A stretch of DNA of 64,000 bases from Eledone cirrhosa. Its lineage: Eukaryota. This document shows positions 42,319 to 56,530 of the stretch, piece after piece (the stretch's first letter is position 1; each line of letters starts with the position of its first letter). The translations under genes were made by a program, and so were the position numbers. Where the stretch lies: contig OZ024741.1 in assembly GCA_964016885.1 (NCBI GenBank), forward strand, positions 17,050,001 through 17,114,000. The letters are read 5' to 3'. The notes under the pieces are model-generated. The model had not been told where the DNA came from and ran no database searches. It saw nothing but the letters and a program-made list of their open reading frames with translations.

Positions 42319-44159
42319 ATGGCGGAAAAGATGGCAGACATGTCTGCCATTAGCTCTGCCACGCCCCCCAAGTCTGAAGAACAAAACATAATTACAACAA
42401 AATTAGACAACGAAACAAACAAGGAAAATGAAAAAACAAATGTTAAGGAAAATGAGCAAACGGAAAACAAACAAACAGAAAATAATACAAATAACAACAG
42501 GGCAACTTTCGCCCAGAAAACAAAACAATCCATTACATACACACCAATTGACCTAACGGCCGCCAGAGAAAAACTGGCCGAAGCAAAGAAACACATTGTT
42601 TTGGGGGAGAACGGAATGTTTTCCATTAACCCCCCCCCCCCCCAGAATTCAAGAAAGCGATAACAGAGAACACAGTTCTCTTCAGAACAATCCTAAACCA
42701 AACAAGAAAGCCAGCACAGCCCAGCCAAATGGAGATAGAGTTGGTCCTAAAAGACTATATGAAGAATATTCTCTTCATACGAAAGGACCGACTCTATGGC
42801 AGCATTTCGGTCCTAACAAAAGACAAGGAAACGGCGGAGAAGCTTTCCCTAAGCCCACTCTCATCGACAACATACAGCTTCTATCCCTCCTACATGGGTA
42901 GAAGAACACAGAGAGTAAAAATACAAACAATGCTGCCCACAATGGACTTCTGGTGGGCTATTGCTGGCTTCATAGACATGGGCGAGGACACAGTGCTGTC
43001 AATGGGGAAGGCATCCGGAGATGCGTTCCTGGGAATGGGCCTCGACCTACTAGTCCAAATGAGGCCCGAAAGAATAGCACAAATGCCGGATCGCATCTGG
43101 CTGGATGAGCTCACCCCAATAGATATAATTGTAGAGGGGAGAAGACCAGCATGCTATTTATGCACGGAAAGGGGACACATTAAGGCTAACTACCCGAAAC
43201 GTATCCCCCCAAAAGGACTATTGCCCACACCCATCACAGACAGTACACCAACACCACCCACCTCCAAAAATACACTAATACCACACACAGCAAACAAAAT
43301 ACAAACACCACCAAGCACAACACAAACATCACCACCACCAGCACCAAACACAAGCACGACACAAAAATCACCACCACCATCACCAACACAAACACCACCA
43401 CCACCATTACCAACCACAAGCACGACACAAACAGCACCACCACCACCACAAAACGCATTCCAAACAAAAAAAAAAAAAACAGCAACAAATCTACCCCTCC
43501 CGCAAAAAAACAACAACCAGACACGACGTCCCTCCCACCTAGCGCTGAAGAGTTTCCCCCAACTTCTGAAGAAGAAGGAGGAGAAACCTTCAGACAAGTT
43601 AAAAGAAAAAAAAGAAAGCACGCACCCAGCACACCACAAATAACCCACACACAAACACCAACTCCAATAAAAAACACCCCACCCTCAACAAACAAAAATA
43701 AATCTGCGCCTCCCCTCTCCGAAACATTGACAGCATCACAAAAAAAAGACATTGCAATACACATATATAAATAAAAAAAACAAAAAACTGTTTAAATTAA
43801 TAAACAATAGCCCTTTGGTGCAGACCGAAGGGCCAAACTTTATCTCAACAGAGAACTTCACCTATTTAAAAATGATAAAGGTCCCTCTGGACCTTTATCG
43901 TTCCTTAAAAGAACAATTTAGACAGGACGTGAGCCCCCCCTGTTTAAAACCGTTAAATCGCGTCCTCTTGAAAGATTTCCCCATAACCTCCCCTCTCCCC
44001 GACACAACTCCAAACACCCCAACCCCACCACACTCGGGCACCCCCACACCACCACAAAACATCCCTCCACCCAACACACCTGACGCCATGGGAATTACAC
44101 AGCCCGGAGAGGTAGGTGCTTTTCTTTCTTCACTTTCAACACCAAAAAAGATCAGTTGA
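42319..44159 (+). pseudogene. Tx1 ORF1 (gag-like, zinc knuckle, Pro/Thr-rich), frameshifted
   Basis: ATG at 42319. Frameshift in the C homopolymer at ~42630-42643 and probably in the A run near 43470. The knuckle CYLCTERGHIKANY is CX2CX4HX4C with the last C changed to Y. Confidence 0.75.
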
Positions 44160-47100
44160 GAGTTGGCTGTTTGAACGCGCGTGGCCTGGGCTCAGCTTGG
44201 AAGCAAGCAAAGCTACTAAGTGACCTCAGGTCACGAAGTATAGATGTGATGGTTGTTTGCGAGAGTCGGATCAGCAGCGTGCGACAGCTGGCTCCCGCCT
44301 TCGATGACATTGAGATGCACGCATCTCTGTCAACCCGGAGGCGGGGGGGGGGAGTTGCTGTACTACTGGATAAACGTCTGGCTCTCGACGTACAGATTGT
44401 TCACTCGGACCCGGGGGGTCGAATACTGGTGCTGGACGTCGGAGGCGGTGAAGGCGGGGCTTTCAGACTGGTCGGTCTTTATGCCCCCTTCGGGGCTGAA
44501 AGAGCCGACTTCTTCCAGCGACTGGAGACTTTTCTAGGAACGTCGCGTTCCCTGCTTTTAGTGGGGGACTGGAATGGAATCCTAGATGCGCGTTGGGACT
44601 ATGCAGGGGCATGTCCCGATAGAGGGGGGTGTAGCAGCCTCAAAGGGTTACTCGATTGATTCGACCTGGTCGATAGATTTCGACTAGATTGTCCAACTGC
44701 GCCAACCTGGACCTGGGCAAACCGCAGTGGACAATCTAGATCGTACCTAGATAGGTTTTTGGTTAGGAGTAAGGATAGGGACGTATTTAGTTGTCCAGAA
44801 TTGATCATGGTTGGCTATTCAGATCACAAATTAGTGACCTGCGTGGTCACCCTTGATAGAACGCATAGACAGGGTCCCGGTTACTGGAAGATGAACTTGT
44901 CCTTGCCGGCAAAGAAAGATTACAGGAACCGGATTAGTAGCTTAGTTAAGATGCGGTTGACGGGAGCGATCGTCAACAGTAGGTGGTGGGTATCTCTAAA
45001 GAGAGAGATTAGAGTAAGTTCGATAGGTTACAGTAAGGAACTAGCGGCGAATAGAAATAGGAAGGAAAGGGAGTTAACAGATAAACTAGAAGAGGCGATT
45101 AGGAGCGGAGACGTAGCCAGAGTGTTAGCGGCGAGAACGGCGTTGAGCCAGTTCTTTGACGCGAAGCACGAAGGCTGCGTTGTCCGAAGTAAAATACGTG
45201 CTTTAGGAAACGAGGGGACCAAAGCTGTTAGCTGGGCCCGCGTGACAGAAGCCAAGAGTGGGATTAAATCCACCATTCGGTCTTTGCGAGACCAGGATGG
45301 ACGGGTGATCCTTGAACCTGAACGGATGTGCCAGGCCTTTCAAAGGCACTTTGCTCGATTGTTCGGAGGGGGCGTGGGGCCAGACGGGGATGTGGACTTC
45401 GGTCCATACCTCGACGGTCTACCGCGTCTTTCGAGCGGCGAAGCGGAGTGCTGCGAAAGGCCAATCACAGCCACTGAAATCGGGGAAGCGCTCAGCCAAT
45501 GCAGCAGACGCAAATCTCCGGGTCTCGATGGTCTACCATACGAACTTTATTTAGCTATGCCGATCTTGTTCTCCGAACTCCTCGAGGCTATCTATTGCAA
45601 CTGGCAACAGAACGGGAGAATTCCCTGTTCTGTGACCAAGGGCGTGGTCACGCTAGTGAGGAAGGACGAGAGCAAGGGGGACGACTTAAGTAACTTTAGG
45701 CCCATAACTCTGCTGAATGCAGAGTTACAGATTTTGGCCAAGGTGTTGGCGAAGAGGTTGGCGCTTGTGGTGGGTGGTTTGGTGGGAGACGCGCAGACAT
45801 GCGCTATCCCGTCCAGGTCCATTCACGACAACCTCCACCTCATGCGATACATCATAGAGAGGGTTGGCAACGAACCCGGCTTTGGTGGGGCCCTGATCAA
45901 CTTGGATCAATCTAAGGCGTTCGATAGGGTCGACCATGGTTACCTGGATGCGGTGCTAGCGGCGGCGGGCTTCGGACCCGTTTTCAGGGGCTGGATTTCT
46001 GCCATGCACAGTGGCAACATCTACTCTAGGATTAAAGTAAACGGCTACCTCTCGGAGCCGTTTCAAATCACCCGGTCCATCAGACAGGGGTGCCCCCTCT
46101 CCTCCCTTCTGTACGTATTGACTCTCGAGCCACTGCTGCGGAAGTTGGAGTTGCTGCGGGGCATACCCCTGGAACCGGGATTGCACAAAGCGGTCTCGGC
46201 CTATGCCGACGACGTAACAGTAATGGTGGCGGACGCCTCGGAAATCGGGGCGATCGCCACCCTACTGGAGGAATACGAAAGGCTGACGGGGGCTAGGCTG
46301 AACCGGGACAAGTCAGTCGGTTTGCAACTCGGAACGTGGAGGGGCAAACCGATGCCGTTAGACGGTGTCGTCGGGCGGTGGACGGAGGGCCCGGTGAAGC
46401 TGCTCGGGGTCTGGTTCGGACCGGACCTCCAGGTGGAGAAGAATTGGGGCGAGGTGACGAGCAGGATGTTTGCGCTGACCCAGAAGTGGGCCAAGTGCAA
46501 ACTATCACTGAAAGGTCGGGCGGAGGTGACGAACGCTTACATAGCGTCCGTCATCTGCTACCGCCTGACCGTCGTGCCTTGCCCCAAGGAAAAGATCACC
46601 ATCATGGAACGCATGCCCTTCCAGTTCCTCTGGAAGAAGCGGCCTCCCATGGTGAGGAGATCCATCTGCTGCCAGCACCCTTCGAAAGGAGGGCTGGGTA
46701 TGCCGTGGCTGTTGATGCGTAGGCACGCATTGAGGCTACGGCATCTACAGGTATTCCTCACCGGTCAGCCGGTGTGGGCCCCGTTTGTGAGGCGAGCCTT
46801 CCCACAGCTCGTCTCGCTCACCGAGCTGCAATCCTGGGTGAAGCAAAGACCGAGAAAACTGGGCAACTGGCACACCGAGTGTGCCCAGGCGCTCACGGCT
46901 ATCTGGCAAGCGGACCCGACTGTCAGTGGAGAATCCACCTCGACATTCTATAGAGGGCTGGTGGCTAGCAGGGGCGACGACACCCTTGGAGAGTCGCTAG
47001 GCATGGAGGAGGACGAACTGGCCAGCCTGTTATGTAGAACTTTCGGCCCGGGACCCATGGACAACTTCCAGAGGTCCCTAGCCTGGCAGTGTTACCGGGG

Positions 47101-47584
47101 GGCTCTGCCCGTTCGAGAAAAGCTCTACAGACACGGGCGCCCGGGCAGGGATCCAGCGAAAAAGATCTGTCCCAGATGCGTGCGCGACGAGGAAACCGTT
47201 GCGCATGCACTGGTACACTGCCCGGGCGTTGCCGATCTGTGGGGCTACGTCGAACGACTGCTGTCGCGTGTGGCGCCGATTCGATTAACCGCCGAGTCTG
47301 TGGTGAACATCAAGCCGCCGCCTCCCTTCAGAAACGAAGCTAAGGCGGTCTTTTTGTGCGTAATAGCCATGATGAAAGAGGTTGTGTGGTGGACGCGCCT
47401 GAAAGGTCTGAGGTCGGGTGACTTTCTCTCCGGCCATCACCTGGTTTACTTCTTCCGATACCACTTCGGAAGAAGGATCAGGATGGAGAGAGAAGTGCTT
47501 GGCCCCAGACAGTTTTATGAAAGGTGGGTGAAAGAAGCGAGAATGGCTCGTGTAAATGGGCCTTCTCTCTACATTGTTCTGTAG
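44156..47584 (+). pseudogene. Tx1 ORF2: APE endonuclease, reverse transcriptase, CCHC finger; one in-frame TGA
   Basis: LNARGL, VGDWN, YLDRF and SDHK (APE); QGCPLS and YADD (RT); CPRC..HALVHC. ORFs 44156-44659 and 44759-47584 are in frame and split by TGA at 44657-44659. Confidence 0.93.
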
Positions 47585-48170
47585 GTGAAGAAGTGAAGAG
47601 GAAAGGGGGAGCGCCTCCTCTCTGGGCTTCCACCGCGAAAAGGGTTGCACACTTTTCGGGGGTATGTGCAATCCCGAACACGCCCCCTCCCTTTTGAGGA
47701 CTTTTTATTATTATATTATTATTGTTATTCCTTTTTCTTTACTCGATTTATGTAAACTCCCCCACTGTGTATTTGTCCCCTTCTTTTGTGCCCTCGTGGC
47801 AAATAAATAGAAATTTATCTGTCTGTCTGTCTGTCTGTCTGACTGCTTATCTGTCTGTCTGTCTGTCCTATGTCAATGCCTGTAAGCATGTTACCAAATC
47901 TGAATTTAAAAGATGTTTGTTTCAATATATGAAGCCCACACCACTGTGTTGTGGTGGGTTGGAGGATGTGGGAGTGGTGGTGCTGGTGAAGAAAGTAGAA
48001 ATAGTGGGGTTGAGATGGGCCGTGTGCGGGGTTAGGGACGAAAAGGGGTAGGGGTGTGAATGGGTGTTAGTTCCTTTATTCATAGTTGAAAATTCTATCA
48101 AGTTTGGAATAAAAAAAATGATAAATCGTAATGAAGAGATAGATAGATAGAAGGAGAGAGAGAGAGAGAG

Positions 48171-48273
<103 letters not shown>

Positions 48274-48904
48274 GTGAAGGAGAGGGAATCTGGAATAAAA
48301 CTTTCTAATTTAAATCGAAAAGTGAATAATTGAAATACAATTTTGAAAATAAAACAAAATGAAAATAAAAATATATAAAATATATAACTGAACAATTTCT
48401 GTGAGTTGGAAGGAAATTTGGAGAATATTTGGAGAAAATTTGGAGACAATTTGAATCATATTTGAATGAAATTTAAATGGAATTTGAAGGAAATTGAGAA
48501 AATTTGGAGAAAATTTGAACGAAATTTGAAGAAAATTTCATTTAAGATGAAAATTTCGTTAGAGTTTCGTTTCTATTATTCGGAATAAATTAAAAAATTT
48601 AAATTAGATAAATCATAATCAGAAAGATTGGAGGAGCCATAATGTAATGTTAACAACAACAACAACAGTAGCAACAACAACAACAACAACAGTAATACTA
48701 ATAATAATGATTTCGAATTTAGGCACAAGACCGGCAACATGGCAGAAAGGCAAAGTTTATTAAATCGACGCCAGTACGTGACTGGTACTTTATTTTATCG
48801 TCTCCCAGATCGATGGAATTTAAAGTTAACCTCTTTGAAACCAGAATGTAAAGAATTGGAACTTAATGCTGCAAGACGCTCTACAGACTCCTTGAATAAT
48901 AACA

Positions 48905-49068
48905 ATGATGATGACGATGGTGATGATGATGATGATGATGACGATGACGATGATGATGATGATGATGACGATGACGATGACAATGATGACGATGACGATG
49001 ACGACGATGACGATGACGACGATGACGATGACGATGACGATGACGACGATGACGATGACGACGATGAC

Positions 49069-49100
<32 letters not shown>

Positions 49101-49209
49101 CGATGACGATGACGACGATGACGATGACGATGATGATGATGATGATGACGATGACGATGATGATGATGATGATGATGATGATGACGACGATGACGATGAC
49201 GATGATGAT
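48905..49209. repeat. (GAT/GAC)n microsatellite
   Basis: Pure GAY triplets next to a SINE. Confidence 0.9.
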
Positions 49210-49584
49210 GAAGAAATCTGAAATCTGAAATTTTCACAATTTCTATTTTAACTCAATTTTCTCTTTTTTTTTTCTAAAATGAAATTATACTTTGAGTTGA
49301 GAATTAAATTACAAAATCGAAAAAAATAATAATAAATCCTAATTTTAGGATCTTTAGGATCCATATTTAGCTGGCAATATTCAGCCAATTTATTTGAAAG
49401 ACGTATACACACATACACATACATACATATAATTATATACCTCACACACACATATATATATATATATATACACGCACATACATATATATATACACACACA
49501 CGTGAACCTAATACTAACACTTTGTACTGCACTCTTCGTTATTGTTTTTGTTTTCTGTTTTAACTTATAGATATATATAAATAT

Positions 49585-49615
<31 letters not shown>

Positions 49616-49728
49616 AATATATATTGTTATACTTGGGGAGGGTCATATTTGTGTAATATTGCCAGAATTAATAACAGAACACACTCACTGTTTGGTTGGT
49701 TTTCGCTTTTCGCTTCTGTGTCTTTTAT

Positions 49729-49817
<89 letters not shown>

Positions 49818-49985
49818 AATATATATTTCGTTTCTGAATTTGTTTAGGAAATGTGGTAAGGAACCAGGTGGACCATAACGCACCAAATTCAATTTATTAT
49901 ATATTATAAATATATAATAAATTGAAGTGAAAGCAACTGGTGCGTGTGTTTCTTATTGGCAACATGACCCTCCCAAAGTATAACA

Positions 49986-50030
<45 letters not shown>

Positions 50031-50040
50031 TTTATATAAA

Positions 50041-50085
<45 letters not shown>

Positions 50086-50301
50086 AAGTATGACCCCGAC
50101 GGCAGAGCTCAAGCCGTTTCGACGGCTATTTCTGGACTAAATTAGAATTTTTTCAAATAGCCGTCGAATCGGCTTGAGCTCTGCCGTCGGGGTCATACTT
50201 TTTCCTATTCCCACTCTACTACACTAAGTATTGAGTACTCTGGTGCGTTATGATCCACCTGGTTCCTTACCACAATTCCTTTGTTATATATATATATATA
50301 T

Positions 50302-50334
<33 letters not shown>

Positions 50335-50336
<2 letters not shown>

Positions 50337-51170
50337 CGAAGGAAATGTGGTAAGGAACCAGGTGGACCATAACGCACCAAAGTACTCAATACTTAGGGTA
50401 GTAGAGTGGGTAATAGGAACGAGTAGGACCCCGACGGCTGAGCTCAAGCCGTTTCGACGGCTAATTCTGGACTAAATGAAAATTTTTATCCTGGTATATG
50501 AATAGCCGAGCTTATATATATATATAAATTATTTCGTATTAGTCTCGGGACTCTGAATTATTATTTCGTGGTAGTTTCTTTAGTATTTTGGCCCCCTACT
50601 TGTTGACCCGTCACCGTAAGATATACTCGGTTGATTACTAATACCTCTTAAAAGGGTCTCATTATAATTCCGTCCCACCTAGTAAACCTTTCTATAGTCT
50701 AGCAGTACCAGTGAGAGACTTGATAGCTGTCCTTAGGTTATAGTAACCAGAAATTGTTTTTTTTTAAATATTTAATTGTTTTTTTAACATTCTCGGTATT
50801 CTTCTATATATTTACCCCATATTGTTTTACTTATTGTTTCGACTTCCCTCCCCCTCCCTAGTATACTTCCTTGACCTCCTGCCCTGCTCTAGTTGGCACT
50901 ATCAACGCACTACTGGGTTTCCTCCAACCCCTCTCTCTCTTTCTTCTACTGGGAGGTTCAGCTACCCTTTCCTTCCACAAATTGCCATGATAGAATTATG
51001 TGTCTCAACAACAAACTTTTGACCAATCCTTGTGACAATCACTTTTACCATATATGGAATTACCCCCTGAGAAGCTCGGCTATTCATATACCAGGATAAA
51101 AATTTTCATTTAGTCCAGAATTAGCCGTCGGAACGGCTTGAGCTCAGCCGCCGGGGTCTTACTCGTTCCT
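50335..51170. mobile_element. pLTR-like family C, inverted pair
   Basis: 50335-50512 (-) and 51062-51170 (+) are inverted homologues. Another fold-back copy is at 50092-50285. Confidence 0.65.
51062..51157 (+). ncRNA. Type I hammerhead-like fold, family C (mutated copy)
   Basis: acccc-CTGAGAA-g..cggcta...tagccg..c-GGAA-cggct-tgagctc-agccg-CC-ggggt. Sister copies have GAAA and GTC. Confidence 0.55.
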
Positions 51171-51325
51171 ATATATATATATACAAGCGCACACACACAT
51201 ATAATTATTGTTATTGATATTACAGTTTCATGCCGAATATACGTTGTTCACTAAAGTTATTGAAACTAGCAACTAAACTATTTATACCCAATAAGTACAG
51301 GATTATATATATATACATGTTGGAG

Positions 51326-51590
51326 AAATAAAGAGAAAGTGACGTCCGAACGAGTATCTTACACTTCCAACTAATTTACCTCCGCCTCTGAGTCCTGGTC
51401 TACAGGATGGAGAAGACATTGTCCCGGGGGGGGGGGGTGAGGATGACGTGCTGAAACAGCCACTCCACTTTGCTGATCTCGCACCTACGGGCAGCCAACT
51501 CCACTCTGATAGCAGTGAGTAGGGAGGGATATGGTCCAGTAGGAGGTCAAGAATGCTGTAAGTCTCCACTGCTACAGGCTCTATCAACCT
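51326..51590 (-). mobile_element. Putative RTE LINE 5' region fragment
   Basis: Homologous to 53990-54230, which on the minus strand is followed by a decayed APE-like start (GVWNIT, similar to GTWNVRT). Confidence 0.35.
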
Positions 51591-51848
51591 AAGAGTAGTC
51601 GATACTTGGCCAGGTTTTGTTGTTGCTGCTCTCCAACATCGTAAGTGAACTGTAATCTTCTGTCAAGTCTATTTCTAAATATTTGGTAGATCAACCACAT
51701 TGTATTTTGTTGTTATTCCCTGTATAGTCAATATTTTCATTAAAGTATTTTTCTTGTTGTTTCTGTTCTTTCTTTTTACGGTATTGGATATTTGAATTAG
51801 TAAATGGAATTTCTCTGTAGCGCTCAATTGGCTGTGTGTTGCTCTATA

Positions 51849-52045
51849 CGAGGGTGGGCTGAAAAGTTAAAAGGCTGACAAAGAAGGAATGGTGTTAGAG
51901 CTGTGAAATCTTGTATACATTAATTTCAACTCTTCTTATTAATAACTACATTGTTTCTTTCTTGGGACTATGCCGAAAAATAAACCTCATTTGGTTATTT
52001 AAAGAGAGGGTCTTGGCTAATCTACGTATTTTCAGCCAGCCCTCG
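51849..52045. mobile_element. Mariner-derived MITE
   Basis: TIRs cgagggtgggctgaaaa / ttttcagccagccctcg with a TA TSD on both sides. Confidence 0.85.
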
Positions 52046-52719
52046 TAATACGTGCTAGGTACGAACATGTATTGAATATTGTGTCAATATTGAAATGGCC
52101 AATATCCAGATACTTCAGTTACCAGATATATTTGGATAAAGTAGGTTTATTTCTCATTCCTTTTCTTCTTGAAGATAGAATTATGGCTTTTAAATTTACA
52201 CTCCTTCATATTGAAAAAGACTTCGTTTCTGTGTAAAATTCTTTAGAAGTTACTTTCGCCTCTTAGATAATTAATTTCGTTAAGTATTTTCCATTAAAAG
52301 ACAAGTCTCCTGTGACCTACAATTAAATGTCGTTTCCTGGATGTTGTTTTTATTAAACAACTTCTGGTGATTGAACTTGATTAGGTGTTGTTTATCTTTA
52401 TAGGAAAGATACGTCGCTTCTAGCTATATTGGAGTCTATATTATATATATATAAAGAGAGAGAGAGGGGGGAGAGAGTGAGAGAAAGCTACGCACATCAC
52501 AGGGTTTGATATGATGGTATTTCCATATGTACTCATATTTTATATACTACCGTATACACACACACACACAACACACACACACACATATATATATTCGTTT
52601 ACACACACACACACACATTTATATATACATATGTACTATGTACTCATACACCTAATATATGTGTGACTTACACTCACCCACACACATACAGTGAGCCTGT
52701 GTACAGATTAAAAATGCGG

Positions 52720-53100
52720 TAAATTTATAGAAGAACCCGCCCCACTCGATATCAGTGGGAAGACATTTTTTCCCTCATTTTTTTTTTATTTGCTTTCAAC
52801 TAATCTAACTTCCAGAATTCTCACAATCGACTTTTTTTTCCAAGAAAACGGAGGTTGTAGGGAGGGTGCACCCCCCCCCCCCGAGATCACACGCGAAAAA
52901 GAAAAAAACAATCGTAGAGAAAATTCCAAGGAGGAGGTGTTAATCAGGGGAATCCACCTAAACTCCTCCGTTTTCCTGAAAAAAAAGTCCATTGCAAGCA
53001 TCTTGGAGGTTAGATTAGTTGATAGCACGCGGAAAAAAAAAAAAAAAAAAGAGAACAATATTTTTCCCCACTGAAATCGAAGTAGGTTTTCTATAATAAT
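52720..53100. mobile_element. Old fold-back MITE with long imperfect inverted arms
   Basis: tcgatatcagtggga..tcaactaatctaacttcca..gaaaacggagg versus cctccgttttc..tggaggttagattagttga..cccactgaaatcga. Confidence 0.6.
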
Positions 53101-54537
53101 ACCAAAAATACTATATAGTAATCTGAGCAACATTTCCAAGATAAAGGTTCCAGCGGGACTCGTACATCGCACTTGTGCTATATTGCTATAGTGAGTCACC
53201 AACCACGTAATACACAACACAACATCAGTACGCTTCCTTTTCAAACATGACCTTATATAAATGTTCAGCTTATCTTTAACCCTTTTGATACCAAACCACT
53301 TGAAACTGCCCCTGGTTCTACATAAGTTACGTAACTGCTTGTTTTAAAGAGTTTATATTTTTCTAAGGCGAGGAATTGGCAGAGTCGTTAGAACGTCAGA
53401 TAGAATGATTTGTGGTATCGTTTCGGCTCTGTGATCTCTGAGTTCAAATCCCGCCGAGGTCAACTTTGCTTTTATTCCATTCCAGATTAATAAAAAAAAA
53501 GTAACAGTCTAGTATTGTGGTTGATTCTTCCTTTATATTTCTTTCTCCCACATTCTATTCTTCTCTGGAAGAAATCTGCTGTGTTCAGACCAGGAGATCT
53601 GGAGAAGAGATGGGCTCCACCAAGTCTAAAAATACCCTAGAGACGCCGTATGTCAATATGGTGCCCCTACGTTTCCCTCGGGTGTGATGGGTTCATACAT
53701 ATATATTTTTCTAAAAATCTTCCTTCATAATTTTATGTCAGCTTAACTAAGAGAGACTTATATTTGTAAATCTCTCCAAATTCTTGATTATTATACCCCC
53801 GCTCCAAATGAAAATAATAACAGTGTTAGTCATCAGAAATGTGGTTAAAGAGTTTGTATTTGTCTGAAAACACTCCATCGAATGTTTACCTAAGAATCTT
53901 TCTTAAGTTATGTTCCAAACACCAGCTGAAGATGAAAAAGTTAGGCCCCCAGTCAGTCTATCTCCAGTGGAGAGTCATAGAATTTTAAAGAATTAGAGAG
54001 AAAGTGAAGTCCGAACGAATATCCTCTACCTCCAACTAACTTACCCTTCGCCTGTGGGTCCGAGTCGACAGGATGGAGAATACATTGCCTCAGAGGACGG
54101 CAAGGGAGACCGCTGAAACAGCCAGTCAACCTCACGGGGCTCGCACATGCAGACAGCCAACTCCGGGGTGCCAAGAACGCTGGAAGTCTCTACAGCTACA
54201 GACTCAACAACAAATCTATCTCGGAGTGGCCGATAAGTTATACTTCTAAATCCCTCCAAATTCTTCATTATTCAAAAACAAATCATAGGCAATGTTTTTC
54301 AATGTTAATGAAATGGTTAAATGACTATTTTCACGGCCACATGTACCTCCCAGCTAAATGTCTTAATACGCCAACCATGTAGCACTGAGAAGTCAAGTTA
54401 TGTCAGCTAATCTTAAACATGGCGACCTATCACATCCTTTAAATCTATGTTTGTAAGGGGAGTTAACCCCAATAATTTGAACCAATCCAGTTAAAAAAGC
54501 TTTTTTTACGTGAGATTTGTCATTATTTAGCAAAAAC

Positions 54538-54623
54538 TTTGCCTTTCATCCTTACGGGGTCGATAAAATAAAGTACCAGTAATGCACTGGTAAATGGCTG
54601 GCCTTGTGCCAAAAGTAGAAACA
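54538..54623 (+). mobile_element. 5'-truncated short-form SINE with 16-bp TSD
   Basis: attatttagcaaaaac at 54522-54537 and 54624-54639. Confidence 0.85.
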
Positions 54624-55889
54624 ATTATTTAGCAAAAACATACATACATACAAACACACATACATACATACACACCTACATACAAACATGCATATATACA
54701 AACATACACATATATATACATACATACACACTTACATACATACACATCTTATACACTCGCATATACATACACATAATACCTATATACATATATACACATA
54801 CACACATACATACATACCCACACATCGTATACACTCGTATATACATATAAACATACATACACACACATATATACAAACATACATACACACACACATATAT
54901 GCATATATACATATATACAAACATACGTACATACGTACACACATATTACACACTCACATATATATTAGACACACATATATATACACATATACACACATAT
55001 GTCTTTCAAGAGGTGAGTGTATATATTTGCATATTTGTAAAGTTTGTTTATGAGAGTGTGTTTCAACATTTGAAGGTGTGTAAAAATTATTGCCTTAAGA
55101 TGAGTAGGTGTGTGTATGTGTGTATGTGTGTGTGCATATGTATGTATTTGTTTGTGCATGTGTATATGTATGTGTATGTGTTCGTCTCTGTGTGTATGTA
55201 TGTATGTATGTGTGTATGTGTGTATATGTATGTATGTATGTATGTATGTATGCGTGTATATATGTATGTGCGTATGTGTATATATGTATATGTGTGTATG
55301 AATGCGTATATATATGTATGTGTGTATGTGTATATATGTATATGTATGTATATGTATGTATGTGTGTGTATGTGTATGTGTGTATGTGTATATATGTGTA
55401 TGTGTGTATGTGTATATATGTGTATGTGTGTATGAATGTGTGTGTATGTCTATGTGTGTATATGTATATGTATGTGTGTGTATATATGTATATGTATGTG
55501 TGTATATATGTATGTGTATGTGTGTATATATGTATGTGTATGTGTATATATGTTTGTGTATGTGTGTATGTGTGTATGTGTGTGTGTATGTGTATGTGTG
55601 TATGTGGATATATGTATGTGCATGTATGTATGTGTGTGTATGTGTATGTATGTCTGTGTGTGTCTTAATTCATTCTGGTTGGTTGGACTTTAACTCAAAC
55701 ATAATAAACAGGAAGTGTCACCCCACACACACACAATAGAACTGCATACACATATTCACACATATACGTCACACACACACACACACACATACGCCACACA
55801 CACATCATACATGCATGTACATCACACCCACACACATCACATACACAGCACAACCACATACACATACATTAACCACATCACACGTAACG

Positions 55890-56530
55890 TATACATCATA
55901 TATACATCGTATATACATCATATATACATCGTATATATGATGTATATACATCATATATACATCATATATACACTATATACACATCATATATACACTATAT
56001 AAACATCATATATACACTATATATAGATCATATATACATCGTATATACATCATATATACGCTATATATACATCATATATACGCTATATATACATCATATA
56101 TACATCATATATACATCATATATACACTATATATACATCATATATACACTATATATATATCATATATACATCGTATATACATCATATATACACTATATAA
56201 ACATTATATATACACTATATAAACATCATATATACACTATATATAGATCATATATACATCGTATATACATCATATATACGCTATATATACATCATATATA
56301 CGCTATATATACATCATATATATACATCGTATGTACATCATATATATGCTATATATACATCATATATACACTATATATACATCATATATACTCTATATAT
56401 ACATCATATATACACTATATATACATCATATATACATCAAATATACATCGTATATACATCATATATACACTGTATATACATCATATATACACTATATATA
56501 CATTATTTATACACTATATATACATCAACT
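55890..56530. repeat. (CATATATACAT/CAC)n minisatellite
   Basis: ~11-13 bp units visible. Confidence 0.85.

Larger units (their letters stand above)
42115..47815 (+). mobile_element. Near full-length Tx1-clade non-LTR retrotransposon, copy C
   Basis: 5'UTR, gag-like ORF1, APE-RT-zinc finger ORF2 and 3'UTR. (CTAT)n upstream; TATC(TGTC)n downstream. Confidence 0.93.

Noticed and set aside
48739-49221. Poly-Asp ORF resembling an acidic biomineral protein
   Set aside because: The N-terminus is antisense SINE sequence and the rest is a (GAY)n microsatellite; there is no signal peptide or splice support.
53890-54384. Two apparent minus-strand micro-exons (53890-53925, 54347-54384)
   Set aside because: They lie in repeated, decayed RTE-like sequence (GVWNIT resembles the APE start GTWNVRT), so the splice signals are probably chance.
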